Assembly (NCBI GenBank): GCA_963777315.1
Contig: CAVZQC010000004.1
Location: 800,001 to 864,000, forward strand
Length of the DNA: 64,000 bases
Reading direction: 5' to 3'
Source: Vulcanimicrobiota bacterium
Lineage (GTDB): Bacteria; Vulcanimicrobiota; Vulcanimicrobiia; Vulcanimicrobiales; Vulcanimicrobiaceae
Shown: in pieces, positions 27,940 through 38,440 of the stretch
How positions within the stretch are numbered: the stretch's first letter is position 1
Layout: every line of letters starts with the position of its first letter
Notes under the pieces: generated by a model
Told to the model about the DNA's origin: nothing
Databases searched by the model: none
The model's input: the letters and a program-made list of their open reading frames with translations, nothing else
Program-made: the position numbers and the translations under genes

Positions 27940-30557
27940 CTCACGAGCGCGGTTTTCACCGCAGCCGGCGATGCGCCCAATTCCCGCGCCGCGTCGATCC
28001 GGGATTGATCCAGCGGCAGACCCAGTGACGCATAGCGCAGCAGCTCCGAAGCCACGCCCTCGAAACTCGCCTCGTGCAGCGGAACGTCGGCCATCAGCAT
28101 GGCCTTACTGCGCTGCAGCCGGGAAGATGCGATGTTGCCGCGCTGCAGCGAATGCAAATCGGCCAGCGCCAGCTGCTGGGCGGCAACGATCTTGTCGGGG
28201 TCGCATGCGTACCCGAGCGTGAAGGTGGCGCGGTTTTTGCTCGCGGACAGCGACGAGTACGCGTTGTAGACGTAGCCGTGGTTGACGCGCAGATCGTCCA
28301 TGAGCAGCGAGCCGAACCCTCCGCCGCCCAAGACGTTGTTGGCCACCTGCAGGAGCGCCCAATCGGGATCGGCCCGTTTGAGGTCGAGAACTTGCGCCAG
28401 CTGCACGTCGGACTGAACGCGGCCGACGTCCGGAACGACGACGCTCGAGCCGGAATTTTTGGGAACCTGCGGCAGCGCGACGTCGGGCCTGGGACCGCGC
28501 GCGTTCCAGCCGCCGAAATATTTCTCGAACGTGGCTTGTGCTTGCGCGGGCGTTACGTCGCCGATGACGACGACGGTCGTCATGTCCGGCCGGTACGCGG
28601 TCGAGTAGTACGCTTTCACGTCGCTCATGCTTACCGAGCCGGCCGTCAGCGGAGTCGGAAATTTCTGAAGGGGATCGGTAGCGGGATACAGGGCTTTGTT
28701 GAGTGCCACTTCGGTGAGATGATCCGGCGAGCTCATCTCCCCGGTCAAAGCGCCGACGGCTTGCCCTTTGACGATTTGAAAGGCTGCGTCGGGGAACGCC
28801 GGATGCAGCTCTTCATCAGCCAGCAGCTGTACGCCGCGATCGAAGTCGTTACTCAAAACGCGCAGCGAAAAGTCCGTTCCGGCCGTAACGTCCGCGGCAA
28901 TGCGATCGAGCTGCTCGCGCAACTGAATGCGCCCGTACGTCGTGGTTCCGAACGGAAATAGGCCGGCGACGACGTCGGCAACGCCCTGTTTTCCGGCCGG
29001 CGCCTGGATTGCTTCATTGCTGAGCACCAGCCCATGCACTTCAACGGTGCGCGTAACCGACTCGGGCTGCACGATGAGGCGCATGCCGTTGGAAAGCGTC
29101 ATCGACACCGGAGCCAGCGTTTGCGCCGGCACGCGGACGTTAGCAAACGCGGCCTGCGCCCAGCTCGGCAGGGCTTGCGGTTTCTCGGGCGTTATCGTGT
29201 TGTTTTCTTTGGCCGTTTCGGCGCCGCCGGTTCCTACTTTGCCCAAGTTTTTGGGCACAGCAAACGCTACGATGGCGCGGTCCGGATCGACGTACTTGCG
29301 TAAAACGCGGTTCACGTCCGCAACCGTGACGCTCTTCATTGCGGACAGCATTTCGTCCGGCGAGGATTCGCCCTGAGCCGCGACCGCGTCGCTCCACTCG
29401 AAAGCCAACCCTTGAATCGAGTTGCCGCGAAACTGCGCGTCGGCAATGGCCCGCTGTTTGGCGACTTGAATCAGATCAGCCGGCAAGCCGTTTTTTCGGT
29501 AAGCGCGCAATACCGCGCGAACGTCGTCGGCGGCCGTTTCCGCTTTGGTCGTCACCGGAACGATGGACAGCGCCGCACTGGCGGTGGCGTGCGCGTGCGA
29601 GTCGATGTCCTGGAATCCCGCGTACAGCGCTTTACCCGACGCTACCAAGCCGTACAGGTCTGCGCGCTGATTGTTGAGCACCGATTCGAGGATCTGCGCG
29701 GCTGCGTAATCCTTGTCTTTCCAGCCCGGCAGGCGGTATGAAAGCGCAATAATGGAGTACGGCTGATCGCTGTCGACGTGATACGTGGCGCTCTTGAGCG
29801 GCTCGAGCTTCACTTTCTCGCGCGCCGGAAGCGGCGCTGCCGGAATACTTCCGAAATACTTCGCGACTTTCTTTACCGTCGCCGGTCCGTCGACGTTGCC
29901 GGCGATGACGTAGACGGCATTGTTGGGGTGATACCAGCGCTCGTAGAAGCCGCGCAGCACCTTTGCATTAATCTGATGGTTGAACGAATACAGCGTCCCC
30001 AGGCCGTCCTTGGCGTAGGGCGTTCCTTTGAATATGGACGGAAGTATCGTGCGGATGAAAAGCTTTTGGATGGCAACGCTGTCGTCTTGCGTTACCTCCT
30101 GCTTGATGGCCCCGCTTTCGGCTTGCCAGCCGGATTGCGAAAGCGTAAGGTGTCTGGCGCGATCGGCTTCGACGCGCAGCGCGACGTCTAAGTACTGCGC
30201 GGGCACGTCGAAGTAGTATTGCGTGATTTCCGCTTGCGTGTCGGCATCGTAGGATCCGCCCAGCAGCTGAGCGATCTCGAAGAGCTGCGTTTGCGATACC
30301 CCGGGAGTTCCGCGAAACATCATGTGTTCCAGGGCGTGCGCCTGTCCGGGATACCGCTGCTCGTTCGAGCCGGCGCGATAATTGAGCACCGTGCTGACCA
30401 CCGGCGCGAGCGGATCGTGAACGACCACGACCTGCAATCCGTTTTTCAGCGTCGCGCGAGTGACTTTGAGCTGCTGCGCGGACGACGGCAAAGCAGGCAA
30501 GAGCAATAAGCCCAGCGCCAGCGAAGCGGCGCTCGCGACGCGCAATACTGTATTCAT
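27885..30557 (-). CDS. Secreted M16 zinc peptidase (PqqL-like)
   Basis: Signal peptide, HALEH inverzincin motif, YHPNNA, duplicated inactive half. Confidence 0.93.
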   Translation of the reverse strand: MNTVLRVASAASLALGLLLLPALPSSAQQLKVTRATLKNGLQVVVVHDPLAPVVSTVLNYRAGSNEQRYPGQAHALEHMMFRGTPGVSQTQLFEIAQLLGGSYDADTQAEITQYYFDVPAQYLDVALRVEADRARHLTLSQSGWQAESGAIKQEVTQDDSVAIQKLFIRTILPSIFKGTPYAKDGLGTLYSFNHQINAKVLRGFYERWYHPNNAVYVIAGNVDGPATVKKVAKYFGSIPAAPLPAREKVKLEPLKSATYHVDSDQPYSIIALSYRLPGWKDKDYAAAQILESVLNNQRADLYGLVASGKALYAGFQDIDSHAHATASAALSIVPVTTKAETAADDVRAVLRAYRKNGLPADLIQVAKQRAIADAQFRGNSIQGLAFEWSDAVAAQGESSPDEMLSAMKSVTVADVNRVLRKYVDPDRAIVAFAVPKNLGKVGTGGAETAKENNTITPEKPQALPSWAQAAFANVRVPAQTLAPVSMTLSNGMRLIVQPESVTRTVEVHGLVLSNEAIQAPAGKQGVADVVAGLFPFGTTTYGRIQLREQLDRIAADVTAGTDFSLRVLSNDFDRGVQLLADEELHPAFPDAAFQIVKGQAVGALTGEMSSPDHLTEVALNKALYPATDPLQKFPTPLTAGSVSMSDVKAYYSTAYRPDMTTVVVIGDVTPAQAQATFEKYFGGWNARGPRPDVALPQVPKNSGSSVVVPDVGRVQSDVQLAQVLDLKRADPDWALLQVANNVLGGGGFGSLLMDDLRVNHGYVYNAYSSLSASKNRATFTLGYACDPDKIVAAQQLALADLHSLQRGNIASSRLQRSKAMLMADVPLHEASFEGVASELLRYASLGLPLDQSRIDAARELGASPAAVKTALVRWIAPNDFVRVIKGPGPK

Positions 30558-30602
30558 ATCGTCGCTTTACCGCTCGAGCGCCCTCGGGTCCTTCGCGCAG
30601 CT

Positions 30603-32675
30603 TCACGACGACAAGAGCATGGCTCTGGCGCTGGGCACGCCTTCGATGAGCGCCCGCAAGCCGGCGTACTCGGGTTTGTCCAGCGCGGGATCCGTCGCGA
30701 CGACCGCTTGCGCCACGGATTTTGCATCGCGATACACCGCAATGTCGGCAACCAAGTCGGCGACGCGAAACTCCGCCAAACCGGATTGCGCGGTGCCCGC
30801 GAACTGGCCGGGTCCGCGCAAGCGTAAATCCTGGTCCGCAATCGCAAAGCCGTCGACCGACTCGGTGAGGATCTGCAGGCGTTCGATCTCGCCGTCTTCG
30901 TCGGGAGCGATGAGCAAACAATAGGATTTGGCCGCGCCTCGCCCGACGCGCCCGCGCAGCTGATGCAGCTGCGCCAGCCCGTACCGCTGCGCGTCCAGCA
31001 CGACCATCACCGTGGCATTGGCCACGTCGATGCCGACCTCGATCACCGTCGTCGCCACCAAAATCGCGATCTCTTTGCGAATGAATCGCTGCATGACGTC
31101 GTCCTTTTCGCGCGACGGCATGCGCCCGTGCAGCAGACCGACCGTCAAGTCGGCAAAGGCGTCCTGCTGCAAACGCTGCGCTTCGGCGACCACGCTGGTG
31201 AGGTCGCTCTCGGACTCGTCGATGGCCGGCGCAACGATATACGCTTGGCGCCCGGCCGCCACGTTTTCTCGCACGAACTCGTACGCCATGTGCAGCCTGC
31301 TCTTGCGCAGCGCAAACGTTTCTATGGGAGTGCGCCCCGGCGGCAGCTCGTCGATGGTGCTCACGTCGAGGTCCGCGTAAATCGATTGCGCGAGGGTGCG
31401 CGGAATCGGCGTCGCGGTCATGTGCAGCGTGTGCGGGGACACGCCTTTGGCGCGCAGTTTCGCGCGCTGCTGCACGCCGAAGCGATGCTGCTCATCGACG
31501 ATCGCAAGGCCCAGGCGCGCAAACTCCACGCTTTCGGTGATGAGCGCATGCGTGCCGACCGCCACGGCAGCTTCTCCGGAGGCGATTTTCGCCGTTGCCC
31601 GCGCGCGCGACTTGGCCGGCAAGCTACCGTACACGGCTTCAACGCCGATTCCGAACGGCACGAGGAGCGGAGCCAGTTTCGCCGCGTGCTGCGCGGCGAG
31701 AATTTCAGTGGGGGCCATCAGCGCGGATTGCGCGCCGTTGCGCGAGGCCAGGAGTATCGCGCCGGCCGCGACCAGCGTCTTGCCGCTGCCGACGTCGCCC
31801 TGCAGCAGACGATTCATCGCCGCATCCTGCGCCATGTCGTTCCAGATTTCGGCAAGCACGCGATGCTGCGCGGCGGTCAACGCAAACGGCAGCTCGCGTT
31901 CGAACTCTCCGGCAAGTGCGGGATCGATCCGCAAAGCGCGAGCGTTGCGCTCGCGAGCGCGCGCGCTGCGCTTGAGCTCGGACGCCAATGCCAGCGCCAG
32001 AAACTCGGTGAAAATGAATCGTTCGCGCGCCCTGCGCGCCTCCTCGGGCGAACGCGGAGCGTGCAGCGCGCGGTAGGCCTGCTGCAATTGCGGCAGCCCG
32101 CGTTCGAGCAAAATCGAGCGCGGCAGCGGCTCTTCGCCGGCGAGGGCGAGCAGGCGTGGAAGATTGCGCCGAACGACCTGATGGATCTTTCGCGAGGTCA
32201 GCGCTTTGCCCGCCGGATAGATCGGGATGACTTCTCCTTGGTATCGCTCGCCGTCGGCCAGAACGCGATGCGTTCCCACGCTCATCGTCGCGCCGGCGAG
32301 CGTGCGCTGCACGCGGCCCCGCACGAACACCTGCATTCCGGCCTTTAACGCACCCAGCAGATAGCTGCGGCCGAACCACTTGGCGACGAAAACGCCGCTG
32401 TCGTCTTCGATCTCGGCTTCGACGATAGCAAGATGTCGAGCGCGCTTCTCGCGTACGCGAACGATGCGTCCGACCGCGTTTTCCTCGCCTTCGGAATTAC
32501 CGAGTTGTGCGGCCGGTGTGGGAGCGCGCAGATCTTCGTAGCGAAACGGAAAATCGTTGAGCAGGTCTTCGGGCGTTCGGATGCCGAGCTCGGCAAACCG
32601 CGCTGCCGTACCTTGGCCGACGCCCGCGAGGTCGCCCAGCGACGCGGGTGCGCGGTCAGCTTGGCTGCGATCCAC
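30603..32675 (-). CDS. recG: ATP-dependent DNA helicase RecG
   Basis: QGDVGSGKT, DEQHRFG, TATPIPRT, QLRGRVGR, RGPG. Confidence 0.97.
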   Translation of the reverse strand: MDRSQADRAPASLGDLAGVGQGTAARFAELGIRTPEDLLNDFPFRYEDLRAPTPAAQLGNSEGEENAVGRIVRVREKRARHLAIVEAEIEDDSGVFVAKWFGRSYLLGALKAGMQVFVRGRVQRTLAGATMSVGTHRVLADGERYQGEVIPIYPAGKALTSRKIHQVVRRNLPRLLALAGEEPLPRSILLERGLPQLQQAYRALHAPRSPEEARRARERFIFTEFLALALASELKRSARARERNARALRIDPALAGEFERELPFALTAAQHRVLAEIWNDMAQDAAMNRLLQGDVGSGKTLVAAGAILLASRNGAQSALMAPTEILAAQHAAKLAPLLVPFGIGVEAVYGSLPAKSRARATAKIASGEAAVAVGTHALITESVEFARLGLAIVDEQHRFGVQQRAKLRAKGVSPHTLHMTATPIPRTLAQSIYADLDVSTIDELPPGRTPIETFALRKSRLHMAYEFVRENVAAGRQAYIVAPAIDESESDLTSVVAEAQRLQQDAFADLTVGLLHGRMPSREKDDVMQRFIRKEIAILVATTVIEVGIDVANATVMVVLDAQRYGLAQLHQLRGRVGRGAAKSYCLLIAPDEDGEIERLQILTESVDGFAIADQDLRLRGPGQFAGTAQSGLAEFRVADLVADIAVYRDAKSVAQAVVATDPALDKPEYAGLRALIEGVPSARAMLLSS

Positions 32676-33630
32676 TGTTCGGGCTCTGCGCTTGCAGCAG
32701 CTTGACCAACGCGTACACCGTTGACGTATGCTCAGCGGATACGGCGTACAGGCGCGCCAGCTCCACCACCGCACCGACGATCGGCTCGAGTTCGAGCGGC
32801 TTTCCGGCCTCGAAGTCCTGCAGCATGGACGTTTTCACGTCGGCGATGTGCTGCGCCCATTTCAGGCGTTCGTCCGCATCGACGCCCGGATCGACGCCGG
32901 AAGCGCGCGCGACCGCAAGGGCTTCTTCGATTACCGCGCGCAGCACTGCCCGCGTGCCCGGATCGCGCAGCATCGCGCCAACCGTCGCGCGCGTGAGCAC
33001 GCTCACGGGATTGAGCGCCGCGTTGTTGACGAGCTTGCGCCAAATGTTGCGCCGAATGTGCGCTTCGATCGGCGCCTGCATCCCGGCTCGTTCGAACGCG
33101 GCCGCCAGCATGCGAATTCGCGGCGTCGTGCTGCCGTCGAGTTCGCCCAGCGGATACAGCATGCCGCCGCTTTGATGAACGACGCCCGGCGCGGTCACGT
33201 GCCCGGAAGCGTGCACGACGCCGCCGATGATGCGCTCGTAGGGGATGGCGTTCAACACGCGGCCGCCCGGATCGACGCTCTCCAGCGCGCGATGGCGCTC
33301 GTACCAAAACGGCAAGCCGTTCTGCAGCGTAACGAAAATCGCATGACCGTCGACCGCGCGCCGCAGCTGCGCGAGAACGCCGCTCCACTGATGCGACTTA
33401 AAGGCGAGCAGCACGTAGTCGAGATCGTCGAATTCACGAAGATCGTCCGAAGCGGGAACGGTAGCGGTGAATGGGCCGAGATCGCCGGCTTGCACGCGAA
33501 GGCCGCTGCGGCGAATCGCTTGCAGGTGCGCTCCGCGCGCTACGACGCAAACGTCCGCTCCGCTGCGCGCCAGGGCCGCCGCGATGAACCCTCCGATGGC
33601 GCCGGCGCCGACTACAGCTATGCGACTCAT
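32656..33630 (-). CDS. panE: 2-dehydropantoate 2-reductase
   Basis: GAGAIG, LQNG, WRKL..N, TSMLQD..E. Confidence 0.9.
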   Translation of the reverse strand: MSRIAVVGAGAIGGFIAAALARSGADVCVVARGAHLQAIRRSGLRVQAGDLGPFTATVPASDDLREFDDLDYVLLAFKSHQWSGVLAQLRRAVDGHAIFVTLQNGLPFWYERHRALESVDPGGRVLNAIPYERIIGGVVHASGHVTAPGVVHQSGGMLYPLGELDGSTTPRIRMLAAAFERAGMQAPIEAHIRRNIWRKLVNNAALNPVSVLTRATVGAMLRDPGTRAVLRAVIEEALAVARASGVDPGVDADERLKWAQHIADVKTSMLQDFEAGKPLELEPIVGAVVELARLYAVSAEHTSTVYALVKLLQAQSPNSGSQPS

Positions 33631-33648
33631 ATATGAAAATGAAAGTTG

Positions 33649-33720
33649 AGGCGACGGGCAGATTCGAACTGCCGAATGGAGCTTTTGCAGAGCTCTGCCT
33701 TACCACTTGGCTACGTCGCC
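33649..33720 (-). tRNA. tRNA-Cys(GCA), CCA not encoded
   Basis: GGCGACGTAGCCAAGTGGTAAGGC..CT GCA AA..GTTCGAATC..GTCGCCT cloverleaf. Confidence 0.95.
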
Positions 33721-33729
33721 CCTGATCCC

Positions 33730-33800
33730 AGCGGGTGGCGGGAATCGAACCCGCACGTCAACCTTGGGAAGGTCGCAGGCTGCCATTACATCACACCCGC
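33730..33800 (-). tRNA. tRNA-Gly(CCC), CCA not encoded
   Basis: GCGGGTG acceptor, TT CCC AA loop, GGTTCGATTCC. Confidence 0.93.
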
Positions 33801-33921
33801 CCACCGGGCGAGGCCCTGCGTTCTCCCCTGCCTACGCGCTGCCCTTTGGTGCGTTCCGCAAGGCGGCGTGCTGTACAAGGCTTGACCGGAGAGCTTGGTT
33901 GCAGCGACGAACCGAGCGGGC

Positions 33922-34719
33922 GTGACATGGATCTATGCTCTGCCGGCGTGGCTGTTCACGACCGTTTCGGTCCTCATTTCTTGTGCGCTGTCCGCGGGAC
34001 TGCTGGCTCTGGTACGCGGGCGTATCACGCGCAACGAAGAGATTACGCATAACGACGTCGCGGGTCCGATTTTGGCCACCATCGGCACGGTGCTCGCCGT
34101 CATGATGTCGTTCATGGTGATCGGCGTTTGGCAAGAATACGATGCGGCGGCGCAAACCGCGCAAGCCGAAGCCAGCGCGGCGTCGGACTTGCACCATATC
34201 GCCGACGCGTTTCCGCCGGGTACCCGCGCCGACGTGCAAAATACCGTGGACCGTTACATCACCTTGGTCGTGAACGAAGAGTGGCCGCTCATGCGGCACG
34301 GGCGCGAAAGCCAGCGCGCCCACGATACCGCGTACGAACTGCAACACATGCTAGCGGACTACGCGCCGACCGACCCGGTTCAACAGATGCTTCAGGGCCG
34401 CGCCTTGGACTATGCGGGCGTGATGCTCGACCAGCGGCGCAACCGCATATTGAGCAATCGCCAAGGCATTCCGCTCATCTTGTGGAGCGTCATGCTGCTG
34501 CTGGGCGCAATCACGGTCGTGTTTTCGTTCTATTTCCGAGTCGACCGCCCGCGCGCGCAGTATCTCATGGTCGTTGCACTGTCGGCGGTGATCTCGATTA
34601 CGTTTGCGCTGATCGCCGAATTGGACTATCCCTTCCGCGGGGACATTGCGGTGGATCCCGCCGCCTTCGAGCACGTGATACGAGCGCTGCACGGATCGGT
34701 CAGCAATCTGCGAACTTAA
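33922..34719 (+). CDS. DUF4239 (bestrophin-like) membrane protein
   Basis: HNDVAG, EEWP, ELDYPFRG motifs, four TM helices. Confidence 0.8.
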   Translation: MTWIYALPAWLFTTVSVLISCALSAGLLALVRGRITRNEEITHNDVAGPILATIGTVLAVMMSFMVIGVWQEYDAAAQTAQAEASAASDLHHIADAFPPGTRADVQNTVDRYITLVVNEEWPLMRHGRESQRAHDTAYELQHMLADYAPTDPVQQMLQGRALDYAGVMLDQRRNRILSNRQGIPLILWSVMLLLGAITVVFSFYFRVDRPRAQYLMVVALSAVISITFALIAELDYPFRGDIAVDPAAFEHVIRALHGSVSNLRT

Positions 34720-34721
34720 AC

Positions 34722-35396
34722 TCAGCTGCCCAGGATGTTGACCGCGCGTCCGGCGATAATGGCGATCGTCACCAGCGAAGTCATGCCCTCGGTCATCACC
34801 AGGACTTTGGCCATATGCGTGAGCGGAAACGTATCGGTCGGGCTGAACGCCGTCGCGTTCGTGAACGAAAGGAACACGTAATCCAGAAAGCCCGGCTTCC
34901 AGGCCACGTGCGGGCGACGGTCGGGCTGCAATGTCATCTGCGGGAAGAGGAAGTCCGAACAGTCCGGATCGTGCCGGAAGTCCGCCGTTGCGCGCCGCGC
35001 CGGACCGTTGCCGTCGAGCTCCCAAAACCACAGCGCATAGACGATGATGTTCATCAACCAGATTTCGACCGCAGCGAGCAGCAGTTGTTCGCCCGTTATG
35101 GACCTGCGATGATGTTCGGAGAGCTGCCACTCAAAGAGCAGTCCGATGGTGACCACGTTGAACGCATTGAGCACCGCCACGATTCCGATCGAAGACCACC
35201 GCTGCCAAGGCGCTTCTTCGTGCCGGCGCGGCACGAAAATCACGAGCGGCACCAAGACGACCAAAATCAACAGCGGCAGCAGCCAGAGCGGCCCGACGAC
35301 CACTTTGGGTGGAAGCGTTGCGTAGAGCGCGAGCGCAACCAACACCGCTACGGCTGCGTGCCAGCGCGGTTCGCCGGTAATGCCGGTATGCTGCAT
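34722..35396 (-). CDS. DUF1345-like membrane protein
   Basis: WELDGNGP, DFLFPQ, DYVFLSFTNATAFSPTD. Confidence 0.8.
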   Translation of the reverse strand: MQHTGITGEPRWHAAVAVLVALALYATLPPKVVVGPLWLLPLLILVVLVPLVIFVPRRHEEAPWQRWSSIGIVAVLNAFNVVTIGLLFEWQLSEHHRRSITGEQLLLAAVEIWLMNIIVYALWFWELDGNGPARRATADFRHDPDCSDFLFPQMTLQPDRRPHVAWKPGFLDYVFLSFTNATAFSPTDTFPLTHMAKVLVMTEGMTSLVTIAIIAGRAVNILGS

Positions 35397-35462
35397 CGCG
35401 GGTGCTTTCGCAGGTGCACGGAGGATTGCATCCTGGACGGCACCCGCGTGGTTATGGACGGC

Positions 35463-35816
35463 ATGGCTACCGATTTTACCGACGGCAAAACGTTTCCGCG
35501 CCGCGGCCGCGAGCGGATCGGCGAGGCTCTGTGGCTCGCACGGCTCATCGACAAAGCCCGTGCGTCCGCAGCAGGAACCATCTACGACTACATCTATCCA
35601 TGTCCCATGGACCGCGGAGTTCTGGAGCGTTGGGGTATTGCGCCCGAGCAATTCGAAGGTGCGCTGCGCGAGCACGCGAGCGACGAAGCCGTTTTCCGGT
35701 GGCTGACTTTGCATACCACGCCCGAACGCATCCGCAAAGCAAATGCGTGGCTGCTGGAAACCAAGCGATCCAATCTCGATCGCCAGGACGCCGAAGAAGG
35801 CGTGGGGATCTCGTAA
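35463..35816 (+). CDS. DUF5069-like protein
   Basis: PR..LARLIDKARA..Y.YPCPMD motif. Confidence 0.75.
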   Translation: MATDFTDGKTFPRRGRERIGEALWLARLIDKARASAAGTIYDYIYPCPMDRGVLERWGIAPEQFEGALREHASDEAVFRWLTLHTTPERIRKANAWLLETKRSNLDRQDAEEGVGIS

Positions 35817-36514
35817 TGGGGCGAATGATCGAGGTCGAGCGGCCGGACGGCGGCAGCGCACCCGCGTACTATAGCGCGCCGGAAAAACATGATGAATCGA
35901 CTGCGGGTATCGTCATCGTGCAAGAGTGGTGGGGCGTAACTTCGGACATGATGGAGATCGCCGATCGCTATGCAGGTTTGGGATACCGCGCTTTGCTTCC
36001 GGATCTTTTTCGCGGCCGCAAAGCGGCGGTCGGAGATGAGGCCAATCACTTGATGGAAGGACTGGACTTCAAGGACGCTTACTCGCAAGACATTCGCGGC
36101 GCGCTGGCGCACCTCAAGCAAAACGGTGCGAAAGTTGGCATAACCGGTTACTGCATGGGCGGAGCGCTGGCGCTGCTTTGCGCCATGCATCTGACCGAGC
36201 CCGACGCAGCCGTCGCTTTTTACGGTATACCCCCTACGCAAGCCGGCGATCCGGCAACGATTGAGATTCCACTGCTGTGTCATTTTGCAAAACACGACGA
36301 GTTCTTCACGCCCAGCGCCGTCGCGGAGTTTCAAAAGCGCCTCGAGGAAGGCCAAGTGCCGCACCAGATCTACTGGTACGATGCTCGGCATGGTTTTTGC
36401 AATCCCAATCCGCCCGGCAGTGCGGGACTGGGACATTACGACTCGCAGGCCGCACACTTGGCGTGGGAGCGTACCGTGAGCTTTTGGCAGCATGCATTGA
36501 GCACGAGCGGCTAG
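35816..36514 (+). CDS. Dienelactone hydrolase family protein
   Basis: QEWWG, GYCMGG, HGF; TAATG coupling. Confidence 0.93.
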   Translation: MGRMIEVERPDGGSAPAYYSAPEKHDESTAGIVIVQEWWGVTSDMMEIADRYAGLGYRALLPDLFRGRKAAVGDEANHLMEGLDFKDAYSQDIRGALAHLKQNGAKVGITGYCMGGALALLCAMHLTEPDAAVAFYGIPPTQAGDPATIEIPLLCHFAKHDEFFTPSAVAEFQKRLEEGQVPHQIYWYDARHGFCNPNPPGSAGLGHYDSQAAHLAWERTVSFWQHALSTSG

Positions 36515-36521
36515 CGCCGTA

Positions 36522-37559
36522 GTGCTCGTGCCGGACCAACACGTTTTTCTGCAGGCGTGCCGGCGCGAACGAACGCCGTATACGCCGGTCTGGCTGATGC
36601 GCCAAGCCGGGCGTTATCTCCCCGAATATCGCAGCATACGCCAGAGGCATTCGTTTTGGGATTTGTGTACGAATTCCGACGCGGCGGCGCAGGTTACCGT
36701 AGACACCGTGCGGCGGCTGCACGTGGATGCGGCAATCATTTTTGCGGACATTTTGCTGCCGCTGGCGGCAATGGGCATGGGTCTTTCCTACGAAAAGGGC
36801 GACGGCCCCAGGATCGAGAGGACCGTTCGCAGCGCCCAGGACGTCGACGCGATCGCGCCGGTGAGCGTCCACGAGTCTCTGGGCTTCGTGGGTCAGACGA
36901 TTCGGTTGGTGCGCAAGGAATTGCAAAACGAGGTTCCGGTGATCGGGTTTGCCGGCGCGCCCTTCACCGTCGCTTCGTACGCCATCGAAGGCGGAGGCTC
37001 TCGAACGTATACGGCCACGAAATCGCTCATGTACAACGATCCGCAAACGTGGGAGCGCTTCATGCGGCTCGTCGCCGGGATCACCGCGGAATACCTGAAC
37101 ATGCAAATCGACGCGGGAGCGCACGCCGTGCAGCTCTTCGACAGCTGGGTCGGGTGTTTGTCGCCCCCGGACTATCGGCGATACGTGTTGCCGTACTCAC
37201 GCCAGGTGATCTCGGCGCTGCCTGCGCACACGCCGGTGATCCATTTCGGCACCATGACCGGCGCGTTGCTCGAAGCGATGCGCGAGGCGGGCGCCAACGT
37301 CATCGGGCTGGACTGGCGCGTCGACCTCGACGAAGCATGGGAAAGGCTGGGAGGCGCGGTCGGCGTGCAGGGCAATTTGGATCCGGTCGTTCTCTTTTCG
37401 GATCGAGACACGATCCGCGAGCGCGTTCGCGATGTCTTGCGACGAGCGGCCGGTCGTCCCGGCCATATTTTCAACTTGGGACACGGCATTTTGCCGCAGA
37501 CGCCGGTCGACAACGTGCTCGCACTGATCGACGCGGTTCACGAATACAGCCGCCGGTGA
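36522..37559 (+). CDS. hemE: Uroporphyrinogen decarboxylase
   Basis: PVWLMRQAGRYLPEY, QLFDSW, FNLGHG. Confidence 0.97.
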   Translation: MLVPDQHVFLQACRRERTPYTPVWLMRQAGRYLPEYRSIRQRHSFWDLCTNSDAAAQVTVDTVRRLHVDAAIIFADILLPLAAMGMGLSYEKGDGPRIERTVRSAQDVDAIAPVSVHESLGFVGQTIRLVRKELQNEVPVIGFAGAPFTVASYAIEGGGSRTYTATKSLMYNDPQTWERFMRLVAGITAEYLNMQIDAGAHAVQLFDSWVGCLSPPDYRRYVLPYSRQVISALPAHTPVIHFGTMTGALLEAMREAGANVIGLDWRVDLDEAWERLGGAVGVQGNLDPVVLFSDRDTIRERVRDVLRRAAGRPGHIFNLGHGILPQTPVDNVLALIDAVHEYSRR

Positions 37560-38440
37560 AACACGAGGCGGTCGTTCTGTTAGGCTTCGGCGGTCCGGAG
37601 AACGCAAACGAGATTCGGCCCTTTTTGGATCGCGTACTCGCCGGGCGGCCGATTCCGCAGGCCCGGTACGAACAAGTCGTCCGGCATTACGAGCACATCG
37701 GCGGAAAATCGCCCTTCAACGAACTCACGCGCAGGCAAGCCGATGCGCTGCAGGCTGAACTTGCGCGGCGCGGCATCTCCGTGCCGGTTCGGGTCGCGTA
37801 CCGCAATGCCGCACCATTCATACCGGACGTCGCACGGGAGCTCCAAGCGCGCCGCGCAACTCCGATCGCGATCGTGCTGGCAGCGCATCAGAGCCAAGCC
37901 AGTTGGGACAAATACGCAGCCGGTCTGCCGGGCGCAACGTACGCGCCGCCGTTTTACGATCGCCCGCTGTTCGTTCGAGCTCAAGCGCAGCGCGTAATGA
38001 CCGCGCTTGAAACGCTGGGAGAAAGCACGTTCGATCGGGTCGCGCTGATGTTCACCGCGCACAGCATTCCGCAGTCGATGGCGGACCGCGGACCCTATGT
38101 CGAGCAATTCCGGCGATCGGCGCAGCTCATCGCCGATCGAGCGGGCGCGTCCTCCCATCTGATCGCTTACCAGAGCCGCAGCGGGTCACCGGCCGAAGCG
38201 TGGCTGGAACCCGACGTGCGTGCGGCGATCGAGCAGCTTGCGCCGGCGGGTTTTGACAAAGCGGTTATCGCTCCGATCGGCTTTTTGTGCGATCACGTGG
38301 AGGTGCTCTACGATCTCGACGTCGATGCTGCCCAAAGCGCTGCGCGCTGCGGCGTGCGTATGGCGCGCGCGGCTGCGCTCAACGATCATCCGCTGTTCAT
38401 CGCGATGCTGGCCGATCTGGTGGAGGAATGCGGAGCATAG
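37556..38440 (+). CDS. hemH: Ferrochelatase (probably coproporphyrin ferrochelatase)
   Basis: GGKSP, FTAHSIP, YQSR, WLEP, DHVEVLYDLD. Confidence 0.93.
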   Translation: MKHEAVVLLGFGGPENANEIRPFLDRVLAGRPIPQARYEQVVRHYEHIGGKSPFNELTRRQADALQAELARRGISVPVRVAYRNAAPFIPDVARELQARRATPIAIVLAAHQSQASWDKYAAGLPGATYAPPFYDRPLFVRAQAQRVMTALETLGESTFDRVALMFTAHSIPQSMADRGPYVEQFRRSAQLIADRAGASSHLIAYQSRSGSPAEAWLEPDVRAAIEQLAPAGFDKAVIAPIGFLCDHVEVLYDLDVDAAQSAARCGVRMARAAALNDHPLFIAMLADLVEECGA